Shown: piece after piece, positions 53,410-54,640 of the stretch
Numbering within the stretch: position 1 is the first letter of the stretch
How the letters are laid out: every line of letters starts with the position of its first letter
Source of the DNA: a virus
Taxonomy: Duplodnaviria; Caudoviricetes
Length of the DNA: 54,640 nucleotides
Strand: one strand, 5' to 3'
Virus record (IMG/VR): IMGVR_UViG_3300048856_000130
Span: 1-54,640 of that record
Translations under genes and position numbers: made by a program
The notes under the pieces: generated by a model
Databases searched by the model: none
Seen by the model: the letters and a program-made list of their open reading frames with translations, nothing else
Told to the model about the DNA's origin: nothing

Positions 53410-54640
53410 TGTGGCGGAACTTGACCGGCCAGTTGACGAGTTGCCGGACGGCTGGCGTTCGCTTCGCCTTGGCGATGTGGCCAGATTAGGTGGCGGAACC
53501 ACACCTTCGCGCAATGAGGCAGGGTATTGGGACGGCGGGGTGATACCTTGGGCAACGCCGTCCGACATAACCTCGCTGCCGTCAGGGGTGAGCACCATCG
53601 ACAGCACAGAAAGCATGGTGTCAGAGCGGGCGCTTGCCGAGTGCTCATTGCCGCTCAATCCGCCGGGGACAGTGCTAATGACTTCCCGCGCCACGATTGG
53701 TTTTGCCGCCATCAATACCGTGCCGATGGCGACAAATCAGGGCTTCATCACCTTCGGCGCGAGCCGTGACTTAAACCCCGAGTTTCTCCTTCACTGGTTG
53801 ATCGCGCAGCGCCCCAACCTTGTGGCGGCGGCGGGCGGCAGCACCTTCAAGGAACTTAGCCGGAGCACTGCGAAGCTCTTGCCGATCTTGCTCCCACCCC
53901 TCGAGGAGCAGCGGCGGATCGCCGAGGTGCTGCGGTCGGCTGATGAGGCGATTGCGGTGCAGGCTGCCCTATGCTCGCACCTTAGGCAGACGACTGATGA
54001 TCTCACAGACGAACTGTATGCGCGTGAGATTGCCGAGTGCGTCGATAGCCTCACCGCGTATGGCGATGCCTGCGCAACGGTGCAGGTTGGCATCGTAGTG
54101 AAGCCTGCATCCTACTACGTTGATGACGGCGGGGTGCCTGCACTTCGCTCTACCAACATCAGACGAAACCAGATTGAGTTCTCGGGCCTTGTCCAACTTT
54201 CCCGCGAAGGTCACGAATTCAATCGGAAGTCATCGCTACGGGCTGGTGATGTAGTGACGATCCGCACCGGAGAGCCGGGAAAGACTGCGGTTATCCCGCA
54301 CGACGCGCCATCGCCGCTGAACTGCATCGACATCATTTTTTCCAGACCAAAGCCGCACCTTCGCCCCCACTTCGCGGCCTACTTCATTAACTCCAGCACC
54401 GCCCGGCGTCAGATTTTGGGGGTGCAGGGTGGTCTGGCCCAACAGCATTTCAACGTGGGCGAGATGAAGAAGCTGAAGCTGCCGGTTCCAGACCTTGCCC
54501 GGCAGGATCGGCTCATTGAGGTTCTGGACGCTGCATGGCAGTCCGTGCGGGTGGAGGAAGCCCAGCTCGCCGTGCTTCAGTCGACGAAAGCGGCCTTGAT
54601 GCCCGCGATCCTCTCCGGTCGCGTCCGGGTTCCGGCATGA
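53399..54640 (+). CDS. hsdS: Type I R-M specificity subunit
   Basis: LPDGW..LRLGDV, GGTTPS, LPPLEEQRRIA; two TRDs. Confidence 0.95.
   Translation: MSSDVAELDRPVDELPDGWRSLRLGDVARLGGGTTPSRNEAGYWDGGVIPWATPSDITSLPSGVSTIDSTESMVSERALAECSLPLNPPGTVLMTSRATIGFAAINTVPMATNQGFITFGASRDLNPEFLLHWLIAQRPNLVAAAGGSTFKELSRSTAKLLPILLPPLEEQRRIAEVLRSADEAIAVQAALCSHLRQTTDDLTDELYAREIAECVDSLTAYGDACATVQVGIVVKPASYYVDDGGVPALRSTNIRRNQIEFSGLVQLSREGHEFNRKSSLRAGDVVTIRTGEPGKTAVIPHDAPSPLNCIDIIFSRPKPHLRPHFAAYFINSSTARRQILGVQGGLAQQHFNVGEMKKLKLPVPDLARQDRLIEVLDAAWQSVRVEEAQLAVLQSTKAALMPAILSGRVRVPA

Larger units (their letters stand above)
43907..54640. mobile_element. Second (tandem) integrative defence island, continues past the window
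   Basis: Own integrase right after the tRNA 3' end; lower GC by eye; R-M and SAS cargo. Confidence 0.8.

Overview
Positions 1-43906 are a near-complete, apparently intact lambdoid, HK97-type siphoprophage in a GC-rich alphaproteobacterium. The host is probably a sphingomonad; that is an inference from the GapR homolog, GC level and gene content. Gene order is int/xis, a leftward early arm (YqaJ exonuclease and many small modular ORFs), an immunity region (cI/cro/cII-like with TGCCC-N5-GGGCA operators), replication genes (initiator with iterons, RusA, GapR, SSB), HNH/terminase/portal/protease/capsid, tail genes (with an A-AAA-AAG -1 frameshift), a tailspike, an acyltransferase moron, lysis genes and a right-end accessory arm. 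The prophage ends at the 3' half of tRNA-Glu (attR, 43863-43906). Directly after it starts a second, tandem island: DUF6538-type integrase, DUF488, Cre-like recombinase, an NdpA-like + RelA/SpoT two-gene operon, and type I R-M hsdM/hsdS. The strongest leads are: (1) a central tail-tip protein ending in a Hint (intein-like) domain with intact catalytic motifs but no +1 nucleophile; (2) the translationally coupled NdpA-like + small alarmone synthetase operon, a candidate anti-phage system; (3) a cecropin-like cationic peptide where spanins should be; (4) a HIRAN-containing three-gene cassette in the rexAB position. All family assignments come from motif recognition by eye; no database searches were run.
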